Below are positions 41,464 through 51,535 of a stretch of 56,389 bases of DNA, one piece after another. The position numbers and the translations under genes are program-made. This stretch comes from a virus. How positions within the stretch are numbered: position 1 is the stretch's first letter; each line of letters begins with the position of its first letter. The notes beneath the pieces were generated by a model. That model ran no database searches, was not told the DNA's origin, and saw only the letters and a program-made list of their open reading frames with translations. Where the stretch lies: positions 1-56,389 of the IMG/VR virus record IMGVR_UViG_3300046643_000057. The stretch is one strand, 5' to 3'.

Positions 41464-43982
41464 CAGAGCGGAACCCAGTTGCCGCCCTGATATCGGGCTT
41501 TGTTGCCGTTGGCGTCTTGGTAGACCTGACCTTCAGTGAATTTGCTCGACGCTGCGCCGCCCCCACCGAGGCCGCTCGATCGTGGTTTCGATGCTTGACC
41601 ACCTGCAGCACGAAATGCTGCTTGCGCGTGTGGCGTGAGGAACGTCGAGTTGAAATCCTTCGCTCCACCACCCGACGTGTAGCCTTGTTGTAGACCAACA
41701 AGCTGCCCACCCATGAACTTCGTTGCGGTATCGATCCACCCGTTCAACTGATCCGGGCTTTGCGAATTTTTGATACCTGCCACGATCGCATCGCGGTCGG
41801 CCTGCGCGCCAGCACCACCCGTACCGATGGCCGCTTTCAACACTTCGTCGCCGACGAATTGCTTCGCCATGTCGAAGTTGGTCGGCGCCGCGGTTCCAAG
41901 TTGCGCAGAGACTTTGTTCGCCACCGAGTTGATGAGCGGAACCGAGCCATTGTTGAGCGCGCCGGCAAGCTCCTTGAGCGTTGCCAAGTGGTCGACCGAG
42001 ACATTGATCGAGCGGATCGCCTTCGCTGGCACGCCGTTACCGGTATAGGCGCGTTCGGTGCCGGTATTCACTGCGGCAGTGCTTGTGTTCATCGGCTGGC
42101 TGCCGTCGCTGCCATCAAAAACGCGCGCAGCAAGACTCACCATATTTTCGCGATGATTGTTGCGGATGCTCAAGGTCGTGGGGCTGATCGAACCATCGTG
42201 CAAGCCCTTGATCGTTGCTTGATCCGCAGGGGTTTGCGCAGCGAGCAGTTCTTGCCCACTGAGCGCGGGCTTGCCACCAGTGCCTGAGCCCGGCAGCGCC
42301 GCGCTGCCACCGACGCCTGCAGCCTTGGTCTTGGCCGGCGTGAGACCGGTCGTTTTGTCGCCTGCAGCGACACGTTTCAACGCGTCTTTCTGGCTGTCAG
42401 AAACATCGAGGTTGTCGATCGCGTCGAACTTGCTTTGAAGACCTGTTGTCGACTTACCCATGAAGGCCTGCGACGCGGCCGCGTAGTCACCATCGAATTT
42501 GTCATCGGCGAGCTTCTGAATCGCCTTGATCTTGAGCGACGTCGGGTCTTGCGACCCGGCCGGCAGGAGCGCTTTCGGGTCGCCCTTCATCGCATAGTAC
42601 GCACCGAGAAAAGAATTCTGCTTGTCGCCGAGTGCATCGAGTCCGGCCTGCAACTTGGCTTTGGCCTGAGGGGTGTTGGCCCACGACTCGAGCACGCCCA
42701 TTTGCCCCATTTTCTGCATCGCGTCGCTCATGCTGATGCCCGGATGAATCGGGTCGTTCGGGTCGGTCGAACGGTTCATCGTGATCGGCGCGTGGTACTG
42801 AACCTGCGTGCCGTCCGGGTGCTCGGCCGTGACCTGCAGCACCGGCAACAGTTTGTCGGGGTCCTGGCCGGGCGTGAGCGCAGGGGCGGGCGGCGTTGCG
42901 GGAGCCGGCGCGCTCGCCGCGGCCGGCATGATCTGACCCATGTTGCCGCCAGCATTGGCCGGTGCGAGCGCCGCACCCGGCGCGGGGCCGGTCGGCGCGA
43001 TCGTGCCGCTGCCCGCCGTCGGCGGGGGTGTCATGGGTGCAGCCCCTGCCGTGTCGGGATCAGGCACCGCGGGCGTCGTTGGCGCCGTCGGCGCCGGGCC
43101 GGCTGCAGGTGGCGCAGCATTCGGATCGGTGGGCGCCGGCTGCGCATTGGCTGCAGGAGGGGGTGTGCTGGCCGACGACATTGCCGCATTGAGCGCGGCG
43201 CCGAGTCCGACCGGTGCCTGCTGACCGGGCTGCATGCCTTGCGCCGGCGCAGGCACGAGCGCGTAGAGGCTCTTGCCGGTGATCGTCGAACCGTCCGGCG
43301 CGGTGTGGCCGATGCCCTCATTGATGTCCGGCGCCATGAGCGTGCCGGCGCCGCGCACCGCAAGGCTCGTGTTGTTCGTCTTGATACCGGCTGTCGTGTC
43401 GGCGATGCCTTGGCCGACCACCGAATTGCCGTTGTTGCTGCCATCGGTCGGGCGCAGGAAATCGCTGATCGGCCGGCGCGTCGTGGCTTGGATGAGTCGC
43501 ACCGTGTCGGTGGGGCTCAGGTCGTCCATGCTCATCTGACCCGTGGCGATGCGTGAGCTCGTGTCTTTCGCCCACTGCTGTTCTGCGGCCACCTCGGGTG
43601 CATAGCGCTTCTGCAGCAATGCGGCGCGCTGCGCCGAGAGCGCGTTGGCCTTAGCCGCGTAGTCGCTGCCTTGGTCGCCCGGAATCTTGTCGGGGCCACC
43701 GTACTGCGCCGCAAGCGCAGCGCCCGCGAGACGGTGATCGTCGATCTGCGAGTTGATGCCGGCGAGCGCACGGTCGTCGGCCGCGTTGGCGTCCTGCGTG
43801 TCCTGCCGCGAGTTGTCGCGATTGCGTTGCGAGGTGCGCTCGTCGTCGAGTTGCTGCTGACGCTTGTTCTCGAATTCGCGCTGAGTGCGTGCATCCTGTT
43901 GTGCAGTCGCGGCCAGACCCAGACGAAAGCCTGAGTCGAGACCGTCCGCTGCCGATGCGCCTACGCTTGCGAGACCCGCCAT
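41463..43982 (-). CDS. large internal virion protein candidate (839 aa)
   Basis: Long coupled ORF (TGATG with the next gene). Coiled-coil N-terminus and an Ala/Pro-rich centre. Confidence 0.7.
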   Translation of the reverse strand: MAGLASVGASAADGLDSGFRLGLAATAQQDARTQREFENKRQQQLDDERTSQRNRDNSRQDTQDANAADDRALAGINSQIDDHRLAGAALAAQYGGPDKIPGDQGSDYAAKANALSAQRAALLQKRYAPEVAAEQQWAKDTSSRIATGQMSMDDLSPTDTVRLIQATTRRPISDFLRPTDGSNNGNSVVGQGIADTTAGIKTNNTSLAVRGAGTLMAPDINEGIGHTAPDGSTITGKSLYALVPAPAQGMQPGQQAPVGLGAALNAAMSSASTPPPAANAQPAPTDPNAAPPAAGPAPTAPTTPAVPDPDTAGAAPMTPPPTAGSGTIAPTGPAPGAALAPANAGGNMGQIMPAAASAPAPATPPAPALTPGQDPDKLLPVLQVTAEHPDGTQVQYHAPITMNRSTDPNDPIHPGISMSDAMQKMGQMGVLESWANTPQAKAKLQAGLDALGDKQNSFLGAYYAMKGDPKALLPAGSQDPTSLKIKAIQKLADDKFDGDYAAASQAFMGKSTTGLQSKFDAIDNLDVSDSQKDALKRVAAGDKTTGLTPAKTKAAGVGGSAALPGSGTGGKPALSGQELLAAQTPADQATIKGLHDGSISPTTLSIRNNHRENMVSLAARVFDGSDGSQPMNTSTAAVNTGTERAYTGNGVPAKAIRSINVSVDHLATLKELAGALNNGSVPLINSVANKVSAQLGTAAPTNFDMAKQFVGDEVLKAAIGTGGAGAQADRDAIVAGIKNSQSPDQLNGWIDTATKFMGGQLVGLQQGYTSGGGAKDFNSTFLTPHAQAAFRAAGGQASKPRSSGLGGGGAASSKFTEGQVYQDANGNKARYQGGNWVPL

Positions 43983-43991
43983 GTCGATTCC

Positions 43992-44315
43992 TTAGTGACT
44001 GAAGAGGCCACCGGCGACTGCGCCGAGCAGACCGCCGATGAGCGTGCCCCACGGGCCTGCCGCAGTGCCGTACATGGCACCTGCCGCGGCGCCGCCTGCG
44101 AGCCCCCCGGCTGCACTGCCGAGCGCTTGATCGCCGGCCTTGGCCTGCGCCTTGGCGACGGTGTTTTGGTCGTTGCGCGTCGTCTCGATCTGAGCAGCCT
44201 TGCCGAGCTCCTGCGTGGCCTCTTGCTGCTGATCTTCACCGAAGGCAGCAAGCGAAGGCGAGCGCGAGCGGCTGCCGTAGGTCGCAAGTGAAGGACCGAT
44301 GCCGAATGCAGGCAT
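43992..44315 (-). CDS. small protein with C-terminal glycine-zipper membrane segment
   Basis: ATG at 44315. C-terminus GSAAGGLAGGAAAGAMYGTAAGPWGTLIGGLLGAVAGGLF. Confidence 0.55.
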   Translation of the reverse strand: MPAFGIGPSLATYGSRSRSPSLAAFGEDQQQEATQELGKAAQIETTRNDQNTVAKAQAKAGDQALGSAAGGLAGGAAAGAMYGTAAGPWGTLIGGLLGAVAGGLFSH

Positions 44316-44316
44316 G

Positions 44317-44790
44317 TCAAGCTCCCGAGGTGGGCACCGGCGAGCCGAGGATCGACTGTTGCCGTTGGGTGGTGAGATCGCGTGCGGTGTTTTGCGCGGA
44401 GACGTCGGCAAGGCCCTCTTGCAGGCCCGAGGCGCGCGTCTGCGCGGCCTGCTCATCTGGCGAGAGGTTGACGCCGAGGCCCTTCAACTGGCGTGCGGTC
44501 GAGCCCTGCTGTGCGGTGTAGGCGTCTTGCACGCCTTGGCTCGCGGTCGACATGGCGCTGCTCACAACGGTCGGATCGGTCGCGTACTTGATCAACTGGT
44601 TTTCGATCGGCACGAAGGTATTGACGTAGTTCGACCATTGCTCTTTCGTGACCGCGGCGAAGGTGTCGGCTGCGGTCGTGCTCGATCCGTCGTCACCTCC
44701 ACCGGTCCACTTCTTGAGCTCGCCATTGGCGACAGCGTCCGGGTTCAGGAACTTGTTGCCGAGGATGCCACTGAGTTGAAAGCCGGCCAT
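44317..44790 (-). CDS. hypothetical virion-module protein (157 aa)
   Basis: ATG directly after the upstream TAA. High GC3. Confidence 0.6.
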   Translation of the reverse strand: MAGFQLSGILGNKFLNPDAVANGELKKWTGGGDDGSSTTAADTFAAVTKEQWSNYVNTFVPIENQLIKYATDPTVVSSAMSTASQGVQDAYTAQQGSTARQLKGLGVNLSPDEQAAQTRASGLQEGLADVSAQNTARDLTTQRQQSILGSPVPTSGA

Positions 44791-45459
44791 TTATCGACCC
44801 CCTGCCGTGGGTAGTTGCGATGGACCGAAGCCACCGACACCCGAACCCATGCCGTAGCCGTTCGGGTCGTTGGCCGCCATGCCGCTGCCACCACCGAAGG
44901 AATTCATGCCTTGCTGCAGACCAAAGCCGATCGCAGTGCCGGCGAGTTTCGCGTCGCTGCCACGGTTGATGAGCGACGCGTTGGCGTCGCTCGCGGCCTG
45001 TTGCGAGCTCTGCGCGGCCTGCTGCGTGAGCGAAGAGCCGACCATCGCTTTCTCACCGCGGCCGAGCGACGTGAGTGCGCCGAGGCCTGAGGTGTAGGCG
45101 TCGTCGATCTGCTGTTCGGACATCATCTTGCCGAGACCGGTCGACGCGGCCGCATCGCCGGCTTGACCGGTGATCGCGAGATCAGCACGGGCCGAGCCCG
45201 GCGCGGCGCCGGCGTTCGTGAGGCCTTTCTCGAGACCGCTCTGCGCTTGGTTGAACGCGATGGCTGTGTCGGTCGAGGATTTGCCCGTTGCGAGCTTGCG
45301 CGCCGCCGAGTCCGGCTGACCCTCCTGCTCGATGGTGCTTGCGAGCTTCTGTTGCACGGGCAGCCATCGCTGCTCGTAGTCGGTCATCAGGTTTTGCGCA
45401 TGCTGCGCCTGCGCGATGTCCGCGGAGGTTTCTTTTTGCTGGCCTGCGCTAGTTCCCAT
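44791..45459 (-). CDS. Gln/Ala/Gly-rich virion-module protein (222 aa)
   Basis: ATG at 45459 (MGTSAGQQKE...). The upstream part of the track ORF overlaps the previous gene. Confidence 0.6.
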   Translation of the reverse strand: MGTSAGQQKETSADIAQAQHAQNLMTDYEQRWLPVQQKLASTIEQEGQPDSAARKLATGKSSTDTAIAFNQAQSGLEKGLTNAGAAPGSARADLAITGQAGDAAASTGLGKMMSEQQIDDAYTSGLGALTSLGRGEKAMVGSSLTQQAAQSSQQAASDANASLINRGSDAKLAGTAIGFGLQQGMNSFGGGSGMAANDPNGYGMGSGVGGFGPSQLPTAGGR

Positions 45460-45856
45460 GAACGGCTCTTTCGAATGCGGTGTAGCGGACTTTCCACTCC
45501 GGCAACAAGACTTTCGCCATGCCGGGCCTGAGGGTGTGGAAGAAAATTCGCACGGCCCCCATATCCCTTGCGATTGCGTCAAGGTGCGCGTCATTGCGCT
45601 GGATGGAGCCACCGTCACCCCACGATGCGGCCATCCGCACGAAGAGCTCGAGTTCGCCGGTTCCGTAGCGATCGGGCATCAGGCTCAAGACCATCACCCC
45701 ATCGTCTGAAATCAAGCAAAGCGCCGCGCCTTCTCGGCATCGCTGGCGCATATCGTCGCCGGCATTATCGCTAGGATCGACACCCGCGACTAGAGGCCCG
45801 ATCCGGTGCCATTCGGTGTCGATGTCGGCGAGCAGGAAAGGTGTGCCGGAAATCAC
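45449..45856 (-). CDS. hypothetical protein (135 aa)
   Basis: GTG at 45856 overlaps the upstream stop (GTGA). In frame with ORF 45449..46117. Confidence 0.5.
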   Translation of the reverse strand: MISGTPFLLADIDTEWHRIGPLVAGVDPSDNAGDDMRQRCREGAALCLISDDGVMVLSLMPDRYGTGELELFVRMAASWGDGGSIQRNDAHLDAIARDMGAVRIFFHTLRPGMAKVLLPEWKVRYTAFERAVHGN

Positions 45857-46179
45857 TGCGCTTGGGGGAAACGGGTGTTGCGCGGCAGATCGGGCTGCAA
45901 CGTCGCTGGGTCGATCACGAAGACGTAGCCGCGGATCGGGTCGTAGGCACCGTAAGCCATGACTTGCTGCCGCTGCTGGAAAGCGACCCGAAGCTGTGCA
46001 GGAGTCGCCCCGGCCCACAGTTCGATAGGGTTGATGCCGTCGCCACTGGTGGTCGGGACAACTGCATGCTTGAATTGCGGCGTGATTCGAAGCTGTGCAG
46101 GAGTCGCCCCGGACCACAGGTCGACGGGGTTGGTGCCGTCGCCGTTGGTGGTCGGGACGACGCAGCTTGCAGTTGTCAT
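45853..46179 (-). CDS. small protein made of a 33-aa tandem duplication
   Basis: VVPTTNGDGTNPVDLWSGATPAQLRI and VVPTTSGDGINPIELWAGATPAQLRV. Confidence 0.6.
   Translation of the reverse strand: MTTASCVVPTTNGDGTNPVDLWSGATPAQLRITPQFKHAVVPTTSGDGINPIELWAGATPAQLRVAFQQRQQVMAYGAYDPIRGYVFVIDPATLQPDLPRNTRFPQAQ
45989..46162. repeat. 99-bp-period direct duplication (two copies of about 75 bp)
   Basis: Both copies start with the identical cgaagctgtgcaggagtcgccccgg, then differ at 7 positions. Confidence 0.9.
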
Positions 46180-46180
46180 G

Positions 46181-47101
46181 TCAGATCGTCAAAAAGTAGG
46201 TTCCAAGACTTGATCCTCCTGCACGCACAGCGGTGTAGGACGTGCCGGCGAGTGTCCACGTCAGAAGATCGCCGTTATTGAGTTGGAGCGGTCCTTGGAA
46301 ACAATCTTTGAGCAGTCCTTTAAATGCCGATGAAGCCCGACCAATAAGCATGCACCGGGAGACGTAATAGAAACCTTTGTAAACGTCGATGGCTGAGGTT
46401 ACGAGAGTCCAAGAACACAACACACCCCCGTTGCACCCTACTGAAAAGTTTGTAGCTCCTGATATCGCTTGCGCTGGTTCACGGGTCGCAAGTCCCGAGG
46501 CGGCGGTCGGCGAGGAAGTGATGGCCGCACCGACGCTAGCGGAACCCGTTGTGCCGATATTAACGACACAAATCGGGAAAGGGTCAACGGCAACCGTATT
46601 AAAACTATCATACAAGCCGATGTAGTAACCCATGCTTGCTGCGGTCGAATTAAGCAGACTGAAAATAATTCGATCGGCAGTCACCGACATAAAATAGCTG
46701 AATGCCGTCGTGATTGCGGCTGCGGTTTGCAAATAACCGAATGTCGTGCCGGTCGAAGGCAGCGCCTGCGCTGCGCCAGGGTTGGCGAAAACGCCGGTTG
46801 GAACCTGAGCGATGTTCGGCGGATAGTTCGACGCCAGCAGCGTGCCGGTGTTCCACGACTCCATGATCGTCATCAACAGGTTCACCGGCGCCGCAGTGGG
46901 ATAGCCGAGCGCCACATAGAAGTCGGTGCCGAATGAGTTGTTCGCTCCCGACGACTTATAGACGTTCCACGTATTCGTGCCGACGATAATTGCTGTGGAT
47001 ACTTTTGACCACCCCGTCACCGAGAGAATCAAGGTATCGAGCAATGCGAGGAAAGCCGACGCCGAATTAGCGTTGCTTGCGCTGCCAGAGGAATAGCTCA
47101 T
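46181..47101 (-). CDS. putative distal tail fiber / receptor-binding protein (low GC)
   Basis: 306 aa, Ser/Thr/Gly/Asn-rich. Follows the fiber gene with an ATGA overlap. Local GC is about 45-53% against about 62% for the genome. Confidence 0.6.
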   Translation of the reverse strand: MSYSSGSASNANSASAFLALLDTLILSVTGWSKVSTAIIVGTNTWNVYKSSGANNSFGTDFYVALGYPTAAPVNLLMTIMESWNTGTLLASNYPPNIAQVPTGVFANPGAAQALPSTGTTFGYLQTAAAITTAFSYFMSVTADRIIFSLLNSTAASMGYYIGLYDSFNTVAVDPFPICVVNIGTTGSASVGAAITSSPTAASGLATREPAQAISGATNFSVGCNGGVLCSWTLVTSAIDVYKGFYYVSRCMLIGRASSAFKGLLKDCFQGPLQLNNGDLLTWTLAGTSYTAVRAGGSSLGTYFLTI

Positions 47102-48606
47102 GCGAATTTCTCGATTCGTAGTGAAGTGAGAGTAAGAGTCACGGCAGCATTCCCGCGGTTGCGCCAGCCGATAAAAAAGTCTTGCCCTGCCGCATCATTT
47201 TCATAGTAAATCGGCAAGGTCACTTGATACGCGCCGGGTTGAATATCGATCGCTTGCAGCCAGAGCGAACCGCTGTCGGCACCGGCGCCGCGGATCACCA
47301 CGTCGATGAGCCCCGGCGCGGTCGCGGTCAAGAGGAAGAGCGACATCAAGCCGCGCGCGGCCACGCTGGCGATTGTGGTGTAGGTGAAAGCGGTTTGGTT
47401 GGCTGCCTGCGTGCCGAGGCCCACTGCTGATTTCGTCACCTTGGACGTGCCGCCGGTGCCGGCCGGCGTCGAGTAGGACACGTTCGCGCCCGGTCCGTTG
47501 CCGCCGAGGTATGTGCCGCTCGCGCCGGGGCTGATGACGGTCCACACCGTGCCGTTACGCGTGATGATTTGGCCTTGCGTCGAGCCGAGGATGTCGTCGA
47601 GGATGGCCGAGAGCGCGTTGCCGATCGGCGTGGCACTGCTTCCGCTGATGTTTGAGAGCAGCGTCTTGTCGGCGATCGGCACGAGGCCCCCACCACCCCC
47701 GCCGAGCGCTGCGATGTCGCCCGCGCGCACGAGCACGACCGCGCCACCGATCTCGACAGGCACGAGCATGTCCGAGCTCGCGCCACTCTGAAACGGGAGC
47801 AGCGAGAAGAGCTCGAGCATCGTGACCGACGTGAGTGCGGCGATGTCTCCGGCGTTCACACGCACGGCCACGCCGCCGATCACGACAGGGACTTGCGCGT
47901 TTGGGTCCACGCCGCTGCTAAAGGGTAGCGCGGCGATCTGCGACTCAAGACCTGCAAGGAACTGCAGCGCGCGGTACGTGACCGGCAGATAGTCCTCGTA
48001 GATGCTCTCGATGGCTGACGAGTAGAGCGGCGTGAGCAGCGCCGGGCCTTCAGGCGCGACAAAGAATGCAGTGGACGTCACCGCCATGCCGATGAAGAGC
48101 GCAGTTGCCTCGTAGTCGGGGTGCTGCGTGAGACCGTGGAAGGTCACATAGACGGCTCTGTTCGGCACGAACGAGGCGCCGAGTACGGTGTACTGCCCGC
48201 GGCGCTGCACGGTCACCGCGGCCCCTGCGTTGGCCGCGTTCGTGGCGATCCCGATCAGGCCGAACATGCGTGTCGGGTCGCTCGCGTCGGCTGCGCCTAC
48301 CGTGCCATCGCCGAGCGGCACGACACCTTGATTCGCGGCGATGGTCTCGCCTGCGATGTAGCTCCCGAAGTCCGTTTCTGTGGCGTTCTCGAGCGCCAGC
48401 ACGCGTGCAGCGAGCGCGGTGAGTTGCTGCTGCAGCGCGTTGATTTGGTTGAGCGCCGAGGTATTCGACTGACTCGCAGTGGCACCCGCTGATGTGAGCG
48501 CAGCTTCAGCAGCCTCGAGGCGCTGCCTGATGTTGCTGACCGCCGTTTGGAGCGCGCGCAGGTTGAGCGCGGGCGGCGTCGTGATCGATGGGGAGCCGAG
48601 GGTCAT
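47098..48606 (-). CDS. tail fiber protein
   Basis: N-terminal coiled coil (LRALQTAVSNIRQRLEAAEAALTS...LQQQLTALAARVLALE). Internal duplication LPF(S/Q)SG...VP V(V/E)IGG..V.V.AGDIAAL. Confidence 0.7.
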   Translation of the reverse strand: MTLGSPSITTPPALNLRALQTAVSNIRQRLEAAEAALTSAGATASQSNTSALNQINALQQQLTALAARVLALENATETDFGSYIAGETIAANQGVVPLGDGTVGAADASDPTRMFGLIGIATNAANAGAAVTVQRRGQYTVLGASFVPNRAVYVTFHGLTQHPDYEATALFIGMAVTSTAFFVAPEGPALLTPLYSSAIESIYEDYLPVTYRALQFLAGLESQIAALPFSSGVDPNAQVPVVIGGVAVRVNAGDIAALTSVTMLELFSLLPFQSGASSDMLVPVEIGGAVVLVRAGDIAALGGGGGGLVPIADKTLLSNISGSSATPIGNALSAILDDILGSTQGQIITRNGTVWTVISPGASGTYLGGNGPGANVSYSTPAGTGGTSKVTKSAVGLGTQAANQTAFTYTTIASVAARGLMSLFLLTATAPGLIDVVIRGAGADSGSLWLQAIDIQPGAYQVTLPIYYENDAAGQDFFIGWRNRGNAAVTLTLTSLRIEKFA

Positions 48607-50954
48607 CAGACGAGCTCGTCAACGTCGTCGGCAGCCTGAATCACACGCACGGGGTCGGTCCCGATCAACTCCATCTCGAAAGTGTTGTAGGCAGCGTCGG
48701 GTGGCGTGAGTGTGAACTCGACTTCGCCCTCGATCAGTAGCGAATCGAGCAGCACGCCATCGCCGTAGAACCGCGCCACAAGGTTTCCGACCGCCGTTGG
48801 ACCGAGTTTGACCTGTGCGATGCCGTGGAAGCTCGGGTAGGGCTCGAGCCACAGTTTCGAGCGGTACTGATACGTCATCTGGTCGGTCGGCGACCCTTCG
48901 AATTCGAAGATGGTCCGCGCGTCGACATACGGCACGATCGTGGGGCTGATCGGGAGCAGAGGGTCGTCGGGCTCGTTGACCATGTCGAGCACGAGATACA
49001 TTTTGTCTTCGACCGGGTCGACGTAGGCCGCGCTCGCGTGAAAGCCCATCTCGACAATCCCGAAGCCGTCGGCGCGCAGGTCGACCGCGTAGCAGCCACT
49101 GTTCGAACCTGATTGCCAAAACATGAAATAAATGTCGTTGTGCGCCACGCTCACGATGCTCGACGGGTCGAGTGCTTGCCACTGGCGCCGTGTGAAGACC
49201 TTCTCGGTGATGTTCTGCACTTGGCCGATGCCTTGCACGGCCATGAGGCCGTCCGGCCCGCTGAAGATCACGCCAAGTCCGGTGACATAACCGAAGCTCT
49301 GCTTGCTCGAGGCTGCGCGCGGCACTTCGAACTTGCTCATGCTGTAGTTGGCCGGGTCGTTGCCGCTGGCGACGTACAAGAAGCTCTGCGTGCCGATCAC
49401 CACCGTCGTGTCGATGTTGCCGATTCCGACGATGTCGGTGTCGGTCGAGAGCCGGTACTCGACGGGCCACGCGTGCGGAAAGTTCTGCGCACTGAAGCAG
49501 AGCTCGTTCTTGCTGAAGCCCACCATCACACCGTTCGGCAGCGCGAGAATGCCGCGCAGGTCGCTCGGTGGAAGTGCCCACGTGTCGGACTGCAGTACCT
49601 CACCGAGTTGTGTGTCGGTCAACACATCGATGTAGTCGGCTTGATCGAGCGGAATCTCGGCAACGAAGCGATACGCGGTGCCGCTGCCACCCGTGGCCGC
49701 GCGGTAGATGCGCTTGGTCTGGATGAAGTAGTCATCGCTGATGCCGGTCGGCACGCTCGTGGCCGTCGTCACCGTCACGGTGACACCGTCAGGACGCAGC
49801 ACCGTGTTGCTCGGCAAGCTCGGTGCGCTTTCTTCACCGAGGTCGTTCACGAAGGTGAAAATGTAGTTCGTCGCGATCTCGGTGATCGTCGCGTTAAGCG
49901 AGCCAGTGGCGCGCACATGCAGGTTGTCGTAGAACGTGTCTTTCTCTTCGTCGCCGGTGACGCCCATGATGGCGCAGTAGTCGCCATCGCTGAAGACGCT
50001 CGTGCCGAGGAGCGAGGCAAGCTGACCTGAGCCGTTGTAGAGCGCGGCCGTGACGGTGACGCTGTTGTCGGCGTTGACGACGCGCTGCGCGGTCAGCGTG
50101 TACCAGACGCCACGCACGAGCGCGGAGCCGACGGGCTTTTGCGTCAGGATCGACTGCGTGGCCCAATCCGAGCCCGTCAACACCGCGAGCACCGGGCTTC
50201 CGATGTCGCTGAAAACCCCCACGCGCGCGCCGACACCAAGCGTCGAGAGCGCGATGCCGATCTCCACCACGATACCGCTGCCACCTTGGCCGGGGTCGAT
50301 CATGAAATCGGTGCTGAAGAAGCTCACGGCGCTGCCGTTGATGCCGAAATTCCGATAGGCGTAGGCCGGCGAGCCGGTGGTGTTTTCGATCTGGATGCAG
50401 TAGCTCGGCGCCGGGTTGCCGTGCGTCGCGTCCTGAAACACGCGCGAGGCGAAGTTCGTGGCCGAGGTGAAGCCCGAAATCGTCCAGTTCGTGGCAAGCG
50501 TGCTGCCGTCGTCAAAGATATCGACCGTGAAGGTCGTCGGCGTTGGGTCGATCCCTACGGCCAGCGAGGGCGTCGAATCGGGCGGCGGCACGCCGAGCGG
50601 CCGCGTGACGACAGGAAATGGTTGAGGGCCGGTGGTCGCGAGCTCGAGGTTCGTGAAACGCGGCACGTCGAGGCCGGTGAGGTAGGTCCGAAACGTCGTG
50701 TCACCCGGCACCGCGCCGCGCGCAACATCGATCTGCTCGTTCCACGAGAGCCAATACTGCCCGGCCATGAGGGCGATCGTCTTCACCGGCCCAGACTGCG
50801 TCAGGGCCTCGGTGAGATCGAACTGCTTGAAGGCTGTCAGATCGCCCGTGTAGAGGCGCGCATTGGTCGCGATCTGCGCCGCACCCTCAGGCAAGAGCCG
50901 AGGCGACATCAAAGGCACCTCACCGCGGAATGACGTGATCGAGCGCAGTGTCAT
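48606..50954 (-). CDS. large tail protein (tail tubular B / nozzle-like by size and order)
   Basis: 782 aa from ATG at 50954. Preceded by a 192-aa gene, which mirrors the gp11/gp12 size pair of T7-like podoviruses. No sequence motif recognised. Confidence 0.65.
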   Translation of the reverse strand: MTLRSITSFRGEVPLMSPRLLPEGAAQIATNARLYTGDLTAFKQFDLTEALTQSGPVKTIALMAGQYWLSWNEQIDVARGAVPGDTTFRTYLTGLDVPRFTNLELATTGPQPFPVVTRPLGVPPPDSTPSLAVGIDPTPTTFTVDIFDDGSTLATNWTISGFTSATNFASRVFQDATHGNPAPSYCIQIENTTGSPAYAYRNFGINGSAVSFFSTDFMIDPGQGGSGIVVEIGIALSTLGVGARVGVFSDIGSPVLAVLTGSDWATQSILTQKPVGSALVRGVWYTLTAQRVVNADNSVTVTAALYNGSGQLASLLGTSVFSDGDYCAIMGVTGDEEKDTFYDNLHVRATGSLNATITEIATNYIFTFVNDLGEESAPSLPSNTVLRPDGVTVTVTTATSVPTGISDDYFIQTKRIYRAATGGSGTAYRFVAEIPLDQADYIDVLTDTQLGEVLQSDTWALPPSDLRGILALPNGVMVGFSKNELCFSAQNFPHAWPVEYRLSTDTDIVGIGNIDTTVVIGTQSFLYVASGNDPANYSMSKFEVPRAASSKQSFGYVTGLGVIFSGPDGLMAVQGIGQVQNITEKVFTRRQWQALDPSSIVSVAHNDIYFMFWQSGSNSGCYAVDLRADGFGIVEMGFHASAAYVDPVEDKMYLVLDMVNEPDDPLLPISPTIVPYVDARTIFEFEGSPTDQMTYQYRSKLWLEPYPSFHGIAQVKLGPTAVGNLVARFYGDGVLLDSLLIEGEVEFTLTPPDAAYNTFEMELIGTDPVRVIQAADDVDELV

Positions 50955-50956
50955 GG

Positions 50957-51535
50957 TCAGATCGCGAAGAGTTGCAACTGAAAGCGATTGTCGAGGCTCG
51001 GGCCACAGCGAATCAACTTTTCGCCGCCCGCCGAGCCGATGGGGTATTCGACGCCGTAGCGGTCGCGCTGCTGACGCCAATTGAGCGTGTCATCGGCCTT
51101 GGTGTAGGCGAAGATCACGTCCGATTGCGCGTTGTAGAAGGAGCTTGTCTTGTCGACCACGACACGGCAACTCGTGATGTCCGAGAAGTGCAGCGTTTGA
51201 TACGAGCCGCTCAGGCTGTCGAAGTAGTAGAGATACCCGCCGTCAGCCTTCATATAGCCGAAGGCGATCGCCATGTTCGTATCGAAAGCCACGCTCACCG
51301 CAAGTACGCCGTCCACCGGCAACACATAGCCGGCAACGCCGCTGAATTGGGCCTCGAGCACGATGTTCGCGCCGTCATAGAACACCGTCCACGTCTGCAC
51401 CTCGCGCCCCTGCGTGCCGTCGTTGAGCGCAATGCCTCCCGGCGCTTGCATGAAGAGCGGGTCGTACACACCGTCCAGTGGCGGCAGGAATGCCGAGACC
51501 ACTGGCGTGACAGTGAAGGTGTTCAACGGAATCAC
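50957..51535 (-). CDS. tail protein (tail tubular A-like by size and order)
   Basis: 192-aa coupled ORF. Confidence 0.55.
   Translation of the reverse strand: MIPLNTFTVTPVVSAFLPPLDGVYDPLFMQAPGGIALNDGTQGREVQTWTVFYDGANIVLEAQFSGVAGYVLPVDGVLAVSVAFDTNMAIAFGYMKADGGYLYYFDSLSGSYQTLHFSDITSCRVVVDKTSSFYNAQSDVIFAYTKADDTLNWRQQRDRYGVEYPIGSAGGEKLIRCGPSLDNRFQLQLFAI

Noticed and set aside
45989-46162. Diversity-generating retroelement (TR/VR pair) as an explanation for the 99-bp-period repeat
   Set aside because: The seven mismatches are not confined to adenines of one copy on either strand (C/A, T/G, T/C, and four A/G). I also recognised no reverse transcriptase ORF anywhere in the genome.
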